Below are positions 9,588 to 18,471 of a stretch of DNA of 64,000 bases, one piece after another (position 1 is the stretch's first letter; each line of letters starts with the position of its first letter). The stretch is taken from NCBI GenBank assembly GCA_965250285.1, contig OZ252299.1:3475104-3539103 (forward strand), written 5' to 3'. The DNA comes from Myxococcota bacterium (GTDB taxonomy: Bacteria; Myxococcota_A; UBA9160; UBA4427). The translations under genes and the position numbers were made by a program. The notes beneath the pieces are model-generated. The model was given only the letters and a program-made list of their open reading frames with translations, was not told the origin of the DNA and searched no databases.

Positions 9588-10241
9588 TCAGGGCGCCGGG
9601 CGCCGAAGTCCGACCACCTCGACCCCGAGGATCTCGCGATGGGCCGCGGGCTCGAAGCCAAAGCGCCGGTAGAACGGCACGAGCTCGCTGCGGTCGGTCT
9701 CGACCCAGGCGGGCCCGGGATCGGCCGCGATGCCCTCGAGCCAGCGGCCGACGAGCTCGCCCCCCAGGCCGCCCCCCTGGGCTTCGGGCTCGACGCCGAC
9801 CATCGCGAGCGTCCAGTGCGGATCGTCCGGCCGAATCGCGGCCAGCTCGCCCTGCACCCGGCTCCAGCGCAGGGTCGCGCCGAGTCCCTGCCGCAGGAGC
9901 AGACCGAGCTGGCGCAGGCTCGGTCGCTCGGGCGGGGGCCGGACCGGCTCGAAGCCGATCAAGGCCCCTTTGGGGGCGTGACTCGAGGCGTCGCCCGCGC
10001 CGCCCACGAGGACGTGCCCGGCGACCCGAGCACGATCGAGCAGCAGCTGCGCGCCGAGGCGGTTCGCGCGCACCCGGGCGCTCGGCCCACGGCGGAGCAC
10101 CGCGCGGTTCATCGGATTGTCGCGAAAAGCGCGCGCCAGCAGCTCGGCGACGACGCGTCCCCCCTCGATGAACGCGCCCGCGTCCGATGCGCGGCGCGCC
10201 GGCGCCGGGGTGTCCGCATCGGGAGAGCCCGGTGCCTGCAT
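9588..10241 (-). CDS. GNAT family N-acetyltransferase
   Basis: Acetyl-CoA binding region ..LAMVGVEPEAQGGGLGGELVGRWL.. and C-terminal ..LVPFYRRFGFE. Confidence 0.8.
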   Translation of the reverse strand: MQAPGSPDADTPAPARRASDAGAFIEGGRVVAELLARAFRDNPMNRAVLRRGPSARVRANRLGAQLLLDRARVAGHVLVGGAGDASSHAPKGALIGFEPVRPPPERPSLRQLGLLLRQGLGATLRWSRVQGELAAIRPDDPHWTLAMVGVEPEAQGGGLGGELVGRWLEGIAADPGPAWVETDRSELVPFYRRFGFEPAAHREILGVEVVGLRRPAP

Positions 10242-10405
10242 CTATCCGCCTCCCTGGTCGGGCTGCAGTGTGGCGCGAATCGCAGGGTTCCGGGGCATCT
10301 CCCCCTCAATCTTCTGGCGCGCCACCCGATGAGTGTGATGTGGCACCCATGTTGGCTCTGCCGCTTGCGTAACCGGGGCACCGCCCCCCCACCCGGGTAT
10401 GCGAA

Positions 10406-10651
10406 TTGAGGACGACTGCGTTTCTGACCCTCACCGGCACTGGCACGGTGATCCGAGAATGGCTCAATCAGCTCGCTGCAGGCAGCGCAGCCGCGCCCGA
10501 ACTGCTGTTGCTGGGCGCCGCGATCGTCGGTCTCGGCCTTCAGACGCTTCGTTCTCACCGCGCCGAAGCGCCGGCGAGCGGAGCCGCGCCGACGACGGAG
10601 GTGCCGAACGCGACGCTCCCCGTCGTCTCGTCGGCCCCGAGTGGCGCTTGA
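10406..10651 (+). CDS. hypothetical small membrane protein (uncertain)
   Basis: 81-codon ORF (TTG start; GTG alternative) with one hydrophobic helix (ELLLLGAAIVGLGLQTL) and reasonably high GC3. No family recognised. Confidence 0.3.
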   Translation: MRTTAFLTLTGTGTVIREWLNQLAAGSAAAPELLLLGAAIVGLGLQTLRSHRAEAPASGAAPTTEVPNATLPVVSSAPSGA

Positions 10652-10823
10652 TCGCGAGCGGCCCCGCCCACATCGGGCACCAGACGTTCCGGCTCTCTTC
10701 GATCCCCGAACACGTTCTGTCTGCCGCCGCCGCGAGCGACCCGCCGCGACGGGGTAGACTCGCGCTCACTCCCCGCACACCGCGCCCGCGCTCTCTCGGC
10801 GCGCGGGGCTGACGGAGGGCTTC

Positions 10824-12530
10824 GTGGCGACTGCGCGCGCAGCCTGCATCCTGCGACTCGACGGCGACGACGGCGCGCGCGACCAGGTCTTCATCGTGGG
10901 CGACCGCACGGTGATCCTCGGACGCTCGGCCGACTGCGACATCGTCGTGCCCGAAGAGAGCGTGTCGCGCCGTCATGCGCGCTTCGGTCGCTCGGGCGAC
11001 GGCTGGAAGATCACCGATCTCGGCAGCAAGAACGGGATCCGGGTCAACACCTTCAAGGTCGACGAACAGCGCCTGCGCGACGGCGATCGCATCGATCTGG
11101 GGACCGTCCGCATTCACGTCGAGATCGGAACGCCACCCGCTTCGCGGCGCGCCGACGTCGTCTTCAGCACCAGCGAAGAGCCGAGACTGCACACCGAGGT
11201 GCTCGACATCTCGGGCCTGACCTCGCTGCTCGGCAACGCGCCCGAGGCTTCCGTCGCGGCCGCGCCCAGCGTCATGGATCAGCAGGCGCCGGCCTCACAG
11301 GCCGCCGCCGTGAGCGGCTCGCTCGTCGGGCTGGTCAGCGACGCGGCGCAGGCGCTGCTCACCTGCAACTCACTCGAAGAGACGCTCGATCGCATCCTCG
11401 CGCTCGTCTTCGACCATCTCCCCGCAGAGCGTGGCGTCATCTGCCTCTACGACGAGGCCAATGACCTCACGACACCGGCGGTGATGCGCACGCGCGACGG
11501 GGTCCCCGACGCACCGATCTCGATCAGCTCGAACATCGCGAACGACGTCGTCCACCACCGGCAGGCCCTGCTGGTGCGCGATGCGCACCTCGACGACCGC
11601 TTCGGCCAAGCCGAGAGCGTGATCGCAATGGACATCCACTCCGCCATGTGTGCCCCGCTGTACACCGGCGCCGCCGAAGGTGAAGGCGACACCGTGAGCG
11701 GCTACATCTACATCGATCGCCAGAGCGGTACTCAGCCCTTCGACACGCCCCACCTGCATGCGCTCTCGACGCTCGCGCTGCTCTCCGCCCTCGCCGTCGA
11801 GCAGGCGGGACTGCGCGACCGCGTGCGCGAGGAGCAGGCGCTGCGCTCGCGCCTCGCACGGTACAGCTCGCCGGCCGTGGTCGATCGCATCGTGAACGCG
11901 CCCGGTGCGACCGAGCGCACCATGAACGCGGACGAATGCGACGTCAGCATCCTCTTCGCCGATCTCTCGGGCTTCACGGCCATGGCCGAAAAGCTGCGCT
12001 CGGCCGAGACCATCCAGGTGCTCAACCGCGTCTTCGAAGAGCTCACCCAGGCGATCTTCGAGCTCGAAGGCACGCTCGACAAGTATCGCGGCGATGGTCT
12101 GATGGCCTTCTTCGGTGCGCCCCTCGCCATGGCGGATCACGCTGAGCGCGCGTGCGAAGCCGCACTGCGCATGCAGGAAGCGCTCACCCGGCTGAACCAC
12201 ACGACCGGGGCCGAGCTGGCGATCCGCATCGGGGTCAACTCGGGCAACGTCGTCGTCGGCGACATCGGATCACCCCAGCGCAAGGACTACACCGTCATCG
12301 GCGATGCGGTGAACATCGCGAGCCGCCTCGAGAGCGAGGTCGCGAAGCCGGGGCAGGTGGTGATCGGCCCGGGCACACGCGAGCTCGTCGCTGCGCGCTT
12401 CATGGCCGAACCGCTCGCCGAAGTACAGGTCAAGGGCCGGAGCCGAAGCGTCTCGCCGTGGCTGCTGACGGGGCGCATCGACGAGCCCGGGCAGACGCCG
12501 ACGACCTTCGCGGTGCGCGAGGTCGACTGA
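10824..12530 (+). CDS. FHA-GAF-class III adenylate/guanylate cyclase
   Basis: GTG start 4 nt after GGAGGG. FHA domain (VILGRSADCDIVVPEESVSRRHARF..GSKNGIRVN), a central GAF-like region, and a cyclase domain (DVSILFADLSGFTAMAE..YRGDGLMAFFGAP..VNSGNVVVGDIG..YTVIGDAVNIASRLE). Confidence 0.88.
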   Translation: MATARAACILRLDGDDGARDQVFIVGDRTVILGRSADCDIVVPEESVSRRHARFGRSGDGWKITDLGSKNGIRVNTFKVDEQRLRDGDRIDLGTVRIHVEIGTPPASRRADVVFSTSEEPRLHTEVLDISGLTSLLGNAPEASVAAAPSVMDQQAPASQAAAVSGSLVGLVSDAAQALLTCNSLEETLDRILALVFDHLPAERGVICLYDEANDLTTPAVMRTRDGVPDAPISISSNIANDVVHHRQALLVRDAHLDDRFGQAESVIAMDIHSAMCAPLYTGAAEGEGDTVSGYIYIDRQSGTQPFDTPHLHALSTLALLSALAVEQAGLRDRVREEQALRSRLARYSSPAVVDRIVNAPGATERTMNADECDVSILFADLSGFTAMAEKLRSAETIQVLNRVFEELTQAIFELEGTLDKYRGDGLMAFFGAPLAMADHAERACEAALRMQEALTRLNHTTGAELAIRIGVNSGNVVVGDIGSPQRKDYTVIGDAVNIASRLESEVAKPGQVVIGPGTRELVAARFMAEPLAEVQVKGRSRSVSPWLLTGRIDEPGQTPTTFAVREVD

Positions 12531-12584
12531 GGCGGGGATCGAGTAGACTCTCGGGCTTCCAGCGCCCGAAGGATCCCCATCGTC

Positions 12585-13814
12585 ATGACCGAGCAAGGCA
12601 AGGAGCCGGGCAACGCCGCGCTCCTCGAGCAGTTCCAGAGCGTCCTCGTCGGCAACTACGCCCCCGCACCGATCGCGCTCGTGCGCGGCGAGGGCTGCCG
12701 TCTGTTCGACGCCGACGGCCGCTCGTATCTCGATCTGATGGGCGGGATCGCCACGGCCGCGCTCGGCCATTGCCATCCGCGGGTGGTCGCCGCGCTCGAA
12801 GCGCAGGCGAAGAAGCTGTGGCACGTGTCGAACCTGTTCGTCACCGAGCCCCAGACGCGACTGGCGCAGCGCATCGTCGACCACTCCTTCGCCGACCGCG
12901 TCTACTTCTCGAACTCGGGAGCCGAGGCAAACGAGGCCGCGCTCAAGCTCGCCCGGCGCTACTACCACGACAGGGGTGAATCGCGCTTCGAGATCATCGC
13001 CTTCGACGGGGGCTTTCACGGCCGCACGCTCTTCACCGTGTCTGCGACCGGCACAGCCGCGTACCACGAAGGCTTCGGCCCCCTCGTCCCCGGCATCCAC
13101 CATGTCCCCTACGGCGACCTCGACGCGGTGAAGTCGAAGCTGAACGAGCACACCGCCGCGATCCTGATCGAGCCGATCCAGGGCGAAGGCGGCGTGCGCC
13201 CGGCGCCCAAGCAGTTTCTCGAAGATCTGCGCCGGGCAGCCGACGAGAACGGCTGCCTGCTGATCTTCGATGAGGTGCAGTCGGGCATGGGGCGAACGGG
13301 CCGACTCTTTGCCTACGAGCACACCGGCGTCGAACCCGACGTGATGACGCTGGCGAAGGCACTCGGCAACGGCATCCCCATCGGCGCGATGTGTACCCGC
13401 AGCGAGCTGGCCTCGAGTCTCGTGCCGGGCACGCACGCATCGACCTTCGGCGGCAACCCGCTGGCCGCCGCGTGCGCGAACGCCGTATTCGAAGTACTGC
13501 TCGACGACGGCGTGCTCGCGCACGGCGCGGAGATGGGGCACCGGCTCGCGGAGCGACTCGAACAGATCGCCGAGAAGGCGGGGCCGAGCGTCGTGCGCGA
13601 GACGCGAGGCCTCGGCCTGCTGCGCGGCATCGAGCTGGCACCGGAGGTGAACGCGAACGACGTGCGCTCGGCCTGCACCGATCGGGGCGTGCTCGTGATC
13701 ACCGCCGGGGGCAACACGCTGCGCATGGCGCCGCCGCTCGTCGTCACCGAAGCCGAGCTCGATGAGGGGCTCGCCGTGATCGAAGACGTGCTCTGCCGCG
13801 CCGTTCCCAGCTAG
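12585..13814 (+). CDS. argD: acetylornithine/succinylornithine aminotransferase (class III PLP)
   Basis: 409 aa: ..LVRGEGCRLFDADGRSYLDLMGGIATAALGHCHP..FSNSGAEANEAALKLAR..DEVQSGMGRTG..TLAKALGNG. Confidence 0.88.
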   Translation: MTEQGKEPGNAALLEQFQSVLVGNYAPAPIALVRGEGCRLFDADGRSYLDLMGGIATAALGHCHPRVVAALEAQAKKLWHVSNLFVTEPQTRLAQRIVDHSFADRVYFSNSGAEANEAALKLARRYYHDRGESRFEIIAFDGGFHGRTLFTVSATGTAAYHEGFGPLVPGIHHVPYGDLDAVKSKLNEHTAAILIEPIQGEGGVRPAPKQFLEDLRRAADENGCLLIFDEVQSGMGRTGRLFAYEHTGVEPDVMTLAKALGNGIPIGAMCTRSELASSLVPGTHASTFGGNPLAAACANAVFEVLLDDGVLAHGAEMGHRLAERLEQIAEKAGPSVVRETRGLGLLRGIELAPEVNANDVRSACTDRGVLVITAGGNTLRMAPPLVVTEAELDEGLAVIEDVLCRAVPS

Positions 13815-13874
13815 TCGACGCGGCGCCTTCGTGCGCGGACAGCCCCGGGCGGTCGCGGCCGCCCTCCACTTCGG

Positions 13875-14258
13875 TCAGGAGCCGGCGGTGGCCAGCTCGG
13901 GGTCGAAGACCCAGCCCATGTCTTCCATGCACTCGCCGGCGAGGGCGAACTGATGGAGCGGGTGGGCGCGCACGTAGCCCTCGTCGGCGAGCAGCTTCTC
14001 GCGGCACGTGCGCACGTCGGCCAGCGCGTCGCGCTCACCGGGCTGGCCGTCGGGCCAGCGGACCATCGTGACGGCCTTCTCATCCCACTGAGAGACCTCA
14101 GCGTTGCGCTCCTCGACGGTCATCGAAGCGAGGTCGGGGCCCGCCTGCGACGGCAGACCCGCGCCGCCACGCGGGCGCATCGGCTCTTCATCGACGCCGC
14201 ATGCGGCGGCTGCGAGGGCCGCGATCACGAGAGCTGCTCTCAACGCCTTGCCATTCAT
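13875..14258 (-). CDS. hypothetical lipoprotein
   Basis: The internal ATG 14258 is preceded by GGAGGAAG. Signal peptide plus lipobox MNGKALRAALVIAALAAAACGVDE. No family recognised. Confidence 0.55.
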   Translation of the reverse strand: MNGKALRAALVIAALAAAACGVDEEPMRPRGGAGLPSQAGPDLASMTVEERNAEVSQWDEKAVTMVRWPDGQPGERDALADVRTCREKLLADEGYVRAHPLHQFALAGECMEDMGWVFDPELATAGS

Positions 14259-14498
14259 CGTGCTTCCTCCGTTGCGCGTGTTCGGGCCGGGTGCGCAGGA
14301 CCGACGCGCGTCTCGTGCAATCGGTCGATGCAGCGCTGCGCTCGAGCCCATTGCGGCGTTGGAACCCGGTCGTTCGACGCCGTCTTACGCCAGCGCGCGG
14401 GAGTGTGGACGAGCAGGCTCGCGTTCGGAAGTCGGACGAAACCCGTGTCCCCGCGGGATCCGGGCCGGCCCGGGTCGCGCGCTGATAGACTCGCTGCC

Positions 14499-15557
14499 AT
14501 GGAGCGCGCCCCGAAGGTCTATCTCGCCCGAGCGCTCCTGCTCTTGGTGAGCCTCAGCCTCGTCTTCGCCGTCGGCGAGATCTGGGTGCGGCTCGCGTTG
14601 CCCGATACGGACCCGATCCGATCGGCAACACCCGACGAGGTGCGCGGGCTGCCGCTGCTGAAGACCATGCACGAGCTGCGGCAGCCGAACGTGCGCGGGC
14701 GGCACGTCAACCAGGTGCACCGCACGAACTCCTTCGGTCTGCGTGGGCCCGAGTGGGCGCGCGAAGCCGCGCCCGGGACGACACGAATCGGCGTCGGTGG
14801 CGATTCGGTGACGATGGGATGGGGCGTCGAGGAGTCGGATCGCTACAGCGACCAGCTCGAGCGCGCCCTCGACGGGTCGGCGGGCGAGGCGTCGACCGAG
14901 GTGGTGAACACCGGGCTCGCGGGCTTGAACGCGATCCAGGGGGTGCGCCGGCTGCTTCGCTTCGATGACGTCTACGGCTTCGACCTGCTCGTGTACGGGT
15001 TCACACCGAACGACGTCGAGGGCCCCGACTACGTGCACCTCGGTCCGGAGGGCGGTCACGCCGGCCGCTTCAAGCGGTTGACCCGTGCACGCACGTCGCC
15101 CTCACGGCTGTGGCGGCGCGTGTGGCCCGGGCTGATCACCTTCTACGAGCAGATCGCGCCGTGGGAGCAGACGCTCGAAGAAGAGCTCGCGTACAACATC
15201 CTCGAGAACGAACGCGCGTGAGCGCAGATCGACCAGGCCCTCGCGCTGCTCGCCGACGCAGCGGCCGCGAACGGCCGATGCGGCCTCGTCCTGATCCACA
15301 CCCCGCTCACGAACCTCTCGCCGATGCGTCCGCTCGACCGGGCGCTCGAGAAGGTCGAGCGCTCCGCCACCGATAAGGGGCTGGTCGCGGTCCCGACGCT
15401 CGACGCGTTCACGGGCCTGTACGGACCGAACCTGTGGGTGAGCGGGTTCGATCCGCATCCCAATGCCGCGGCGCACGCGCTGCTCGCCGAACGACTCGAA
15501 GCGGCGGTGCGCGACCTTCCGCCGACGTGCTTCGAGCGGTCGCGCGTCGCCGGCTAG
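14499..15557 (+). pseudogene. SGNH/GDSL hydrolase interrupted by one in-frame TGA (15219-15221)
   Basis: One frame carries block I (IGVGGDSVTMGWG) and block III (GFTPNDVEG) before the TGA, and block V (DPHPNAAAH) after it. There are no other stops between 14499 and 15557. N-terminal TM anchor present. Confidence 0.75.
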
Positions 15558-16327
15558 CGCCCCTTCCAGACGGGCTTGCGCTTCTCGGCGAAGGCGCGTG
15601 GCCCTTCCTTGAAGTCGTCGCTGCGCAACATCGCGCCGATGCCGTCGTAGCGCGCAGCCATGGCGTCTTCGATCGAGCCGTGCGCCAGGCCTTCCATCGC
15701 GACCTGTTTGGTCGCGCGCACCGAGAGCGGCGCACACTCGATGATCTGATCCGCCCACCGATGGGCCGCAGGCAGCAGGTCTTCGGGCGCGACGACCTCG
15801 TTGACGAAGCCGAGCCGCTCGCCCTCTTCGGCCGACACACGACGACCGGTGAGCAGCATGCCCATCGCCTGCTTGAGACCGATCTGGCGCGGCAGTCGGT
15901 GCATGCCGCCCGCGAGTGCCGCGAGCCCGACTCGGGGCTCGGGCAGCGCAAAGGTCGCCTTGCTCGACGCGATGATGAGATCACAGGCGAGCGCGATCTC
16001 GAACCCGCCGCCCATCGCCACGCCGTTCACGGCGGCGATCAGCGGCTTCACGTTGTCGTAGCGATCGGTCAGTCCGGCGAAGCCCTTCTTCGGCACGGCC
16101 ACTTCGCCGCCGCCCGCCTGGAACTTCAGATCGTTGCCGGCCGAGAACGCGCGCTCGCCTGCGCCCGTCAGGATCGCGACCCAGAGGTCGGAATCTTCGA
16201 CGAACTCGTCGAAGACGGCCTCGAGCTCGAGGTTCGCCGGAGGATGGAGCGAGTTCATCACCTCGGGGCGCTCGATCGTCACGGTCAGAACGTGTCCGTC
16301 GCGGGACGTACTGCAGAACTCGGGCAT
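15554..16327 (-). CDS. enoyl-CoA hydratase/isomerase (crotonase family)
   Basis: 257 aa: ..VLTVTIERPEVMNSL..AILTGAGERAFSAGNDLK..AAVNGVAMGGGFEIALACD. Confidence 0.9.
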   Translation of the reverse strand: MPEFCSTSRDGHVLTVTIERPEVMNSLHPPANLELEAVFDEFVEDSDLWVAILTGAGERAFSAGNDLKFQAGGGEVAVPKKGFAGLTDRYDNVKPLIAAVNGVAMGGGFEIALACDLIIASSKATFALPEPRVGLAALAGGMHRLPRQIGLKQAMGMLLTGRRVSAEEGERLGFVNEVVAPEDLLPAAHRWADQIIECAPLSVRATKQVAMEGLAHGSIEDAMAARYDGIGAMLRSDDFKEGPRAFAEKRKPVWKGR

Positions 16328-16424
16328 CGGGGCCTCCTACAAGTCGACGGTCGAAGGTACCACCGGTGGGCGCGGCGGCGCGGCTTCGCAGCCGGGTCGG
16401 CTCCGGGCGGGCGCGAGCTCGAAT

Positions 16425-16446
16425 CGGAGTCGGAGTCGGAGTCGGA
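16425..16446. repeat. hexanucleotide microsatellite (CGGAGT x3 + CGGA)
   Basis: Read directly. Intergenic, between the crotonase start and the DAHP synthase stop. Confidence 0.85.
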
Positions 16447-16485
16447 CCGGCGAACCACGTGGCTCGGCTCGAGACCCGTCAGCAG

Positions 16486-17553
16486 CTAGCCCCGGCGCTT
16501 GCGAACGGCCTCGGCGAGCTCGTCGAAGAGCGGGACGGTCTGCTCCCAGCTCATGCACTTGTCGGTGATCGACTGGCCTCGGGTCAGGTGCTCGGTCGAG
16601 GCGCTCTGCTGCGAATGACTCTGATTGCCCTCGACGAGAAAGCTCTCGAGCATCAAGCCGAAGACGTGCTCACCGCCATCGCCCACCCGTCCTGCGAGAT
16701 CGCGGGCGACATCGGGCTGGACACGGTGATCCTTGCCGCTGTTCGCGTGGCTGCAGTCGACCATGACGCGCGGCGTGAGTCCGGCCGATTCGAGGCGCTC
16801 GGCCGCGGCGTCGACCGACGCCTTGTCGTAGTTCGGACCGCTCTTGCCGCCTCGCAGGATCAGGTGGCACGCATCGTTGCCCTTGGTCGCGACGATCGCG
16901 GCGACCCCCTGCTTCGTCACCGAGAGGAAGTGGTGCGGGTTGGCGGCCGACCCGATCGCGTCGACCGCGATCTGCACCGAGCCACCGGTGCCGTTCTTGA
17001 AGCCAACGGGCATCGAGAGCCCCGAAGCGAGCTCGCGGTGGACCTGGCTCTCGGATGTGCGCGCGCCGATGGCGCCCCACGACACCAGGTCGGCGTAGAA
17101 CTGCGGGGTGATCGGATCGAGGAACTCGCTGGCGGCCGCCAGCCCGAGATCGAGCACGCCGAGCAGGAAGCGTCGCGCTTCATGCAGACCCTCGTTGATC
17201 GAGAAGCTGCCATCGAGATGGGGGTCGTTGATCAGCCCCTTCCAGCCGACGGTGGTGCGGGGCTTCTCGAAGTACACCCGCATCACGATGCAGAGGTCTT
17301 CTCTGTACTGCTCGCGTGCCTGGGCGAGGCGCGCCGCGTACTCGAGCCCCGCCTCGGGGTCGTGGATCGAGCAGGGACCGCAGACCACGACGAGGCGGTC
17401 GTCCTCGCCCTTCAGGATCGCGCCGATCGAGTCGCGCGCATCGGCGACCGTCGTCGACGCGGCCTCGGTGAGCGGCAGCTCCTCCATCAGGATCGCGGGG
17501 GAGATGAGAGGGCGGAGCCCCTCGATTCGGAGATCGTCGGTCTCGTGGAACAT
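16486..17553 (-). CDS. aroG: 3-deoxy-7-phosphoheptulonate (DAHP) synthase, class I
   Basis: 355 aa from the ATG 17553 (MFHETDDLRI..). Motifs: RLVVVCGPCSIHD, KPRTTVGWKGLINDP, C-terminal ..CMSWEQT. The isozyme type (G/F/H) cannot be determined. Confidence 0.9.
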   Translation of the reverse strand: MFHETDDLRIEGLRPLISPAILMEELPLTEAASTTVADARDSIGAILKGEDDRLVVVCGPCSIHDPEAGLEYAARLAQAREQYREDLCIVMRVYFEKPRTTVGWKGLINDPHLDGSFSINEGLHEARRFLLGVLDLGLAAASEFLDPITPQFYADLVSWGAIGARTSESQVHRELASGLSMPVGFKNGTGGSVQIAVDAIGSAANPHHFLSVTKQGVAAIVATKGNDACHLILRGGKSGPNYDKASVDAAAERLESAGLTPRVMVDCSHANSGKDHRVQPDVARDLAGRVGDGGEHVFGLMLESFLVEGNQSHSQQSASTEHLTRGQSITDKCMSWEQTVPLFDELAEAVRKRRG

Positions 17554-17633
17554 CTCGGGTCCTGGGCCTCGGACGGCCCCTCCAGGCGCGGTGCGAAACC
17601 GGGTGTGTATCACCCTTGACGACCGGTTTCACG

Positions 17634-17856
17634 CCGGGGCGCGGGGCAGCCCTGATTCGCCCCCGAGATGGTTCAGACGCGGCCGCCCCGATTCGCCCCC
17701 GAGATGGTTCAGACGCGGCCGCCCCGATTCGCCCCCGAGACGGTTCACGCGCGGCCGCCCCGGTTCGCCCGCGAGACGGTTCGCGCGAGGCCGCCCCGGC
17801 TCGCCCCCGAGACGGTTCACGCGCGGCCGCCCCGGTGTCGCCCCCGAGATGCGTCC
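17634..17856. repeat. 36-bp tandem repeat, about 5.6 copies plus a degenerate flank
   Basis: Unit GATTCGCCCCCGAGATGGTTCAGACGCGGCCGCCCC at 17654, 17690 (identical), 17726, 17762 and 17798, with a partial copy at 17834. The phased units start 100 bp upstream of the aroG start; the degenerate flank reaches to 80 bp. Confidence 0.95.
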
Positions 17857-17908
17857 GTCGAGCCCGGCCCGTGCGGACGAGGACCGCGCTCGGGCGCAGC
17901 GGCGGCGG

Positions 17909-18166
17909 TCAGTCGTACCCGCGCCAGTCCCGAGCCCCTGCGTACGCAGCCCAGACGCAGATGCCGTGCACGAGGAATCCCGGCAGCAGCACCGCCGAGT
18001 AGGCGAACCCCGTGGCCAGGAACCAGAGCGCGCCGGCGAAGAGACGCCCGTTGTAGACCTGCCCCAGCCCCGGGATCACGACCGAGAGCACGGCGGAGAT
18101 GCCCGGGCTGGGCGCACGGCGGACGTAGACGTCGTCGGGCAGGGTGTCTTCGTAGCGACTGATCAT
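17909..18166 (-). CDS. small two-helix inner-membrane protein
   Basis: ATG 18166 preceded by AGAGGAGA. 85 aa with VLSVVIPGLGQVYNGRLFAGALWFLATG and a second hydrophobic helix. Confidence 0.55.
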   Translation of the reverse strand: MISRYEDTLPDDVYVRRAPSPGISAVLSVVIPGLGQVYNGRLFAGALWFLATGFAYSAVLLPGFLVHGICVWAAYAGARDWRGYD

Positions 18167-18242
18167 GCGGGTTCTCCTCTGCGGCCGGGTTCGAATCAGG
18201 GCCGCACCCGCGATCGCGAGCGCGCCCCTCGATGCACCCCGT

Positions 18243-18310
18243 GAGCCATGGGCCATGAGCGAAGAGCTATTGGCTATGAGCTATTGGCTATGAGCTATGA
18301 GCTATGAGCA
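18243..18310. repeat. heptanucleotide tandem repeat (GRGCYAT-like, about 9.5 copies), locally AT-richer
   Basis: gagccat gggccat gagcgaa gagctat tggctat gagctat tggctat gagctat gagctat gagca. Lies in the divergent intergenic region 18167-18471. Confidence 0.9.
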
Positions 18311-18471
18311 AGCTGCGTGCCCGCCCGATCGAACGCCGAACGGGCCCCAGAGCCGCGCCCTCGGGAAAGCCCAGCGATGTCCGCAGCTCTCAGGCGACAG
18401 TGCAACCGAATCCCTGCATGCGCGCCGACGCATCCTGCGGGGATGCGCCGCGGATCGCCTACACTGAGGCC

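Noticed and set aside
15219-15221. The in-frame TGA in the SGNH hydrolase could be a selenocysteine codon.
   Set aside because: SGNH hydrolases are not known selenoproteins. The position is not a catalytic Cys/Ser site. I see no convincing hairpin immediately 3' of the TGA, and Trp (TGG) fits the context ERA-W-AQ. It is kept as a finding only as a nonsense mutation, sequencing error or read-through.
17634-17856. The 36-bp direct repeats could be a CRISPR array.
   Set aside because: The units are contiguous with no unique spacers between them. The repeats drift in sequence, and no cas genes or leader are nearby. This is a plain tandem (minisatellite) array.
17616-18002. A track ORF encodes a 12-aa repeat protein (PIRPRDGSDAAA)n across the 36-bp array, and there is a mirror ORF at 17629..17820 on the minus strand.
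   Set aside because: Both strands and several frames are open, as expected for a GC-rich repeat. There is no RBS, and substitutions between copies show no codon-preserving pattern.
18187-18197. GGGTTCGAATC resembles a tRNA T-arm, raising the idea of a tRNA fragment or att-site remnant.
   Set aside because: The match is only about 11 nt, with no acceptor or anticodon arms foldable around it. It lies in the upstream region of the small membrane-protein gene, so chance similarity is likely.
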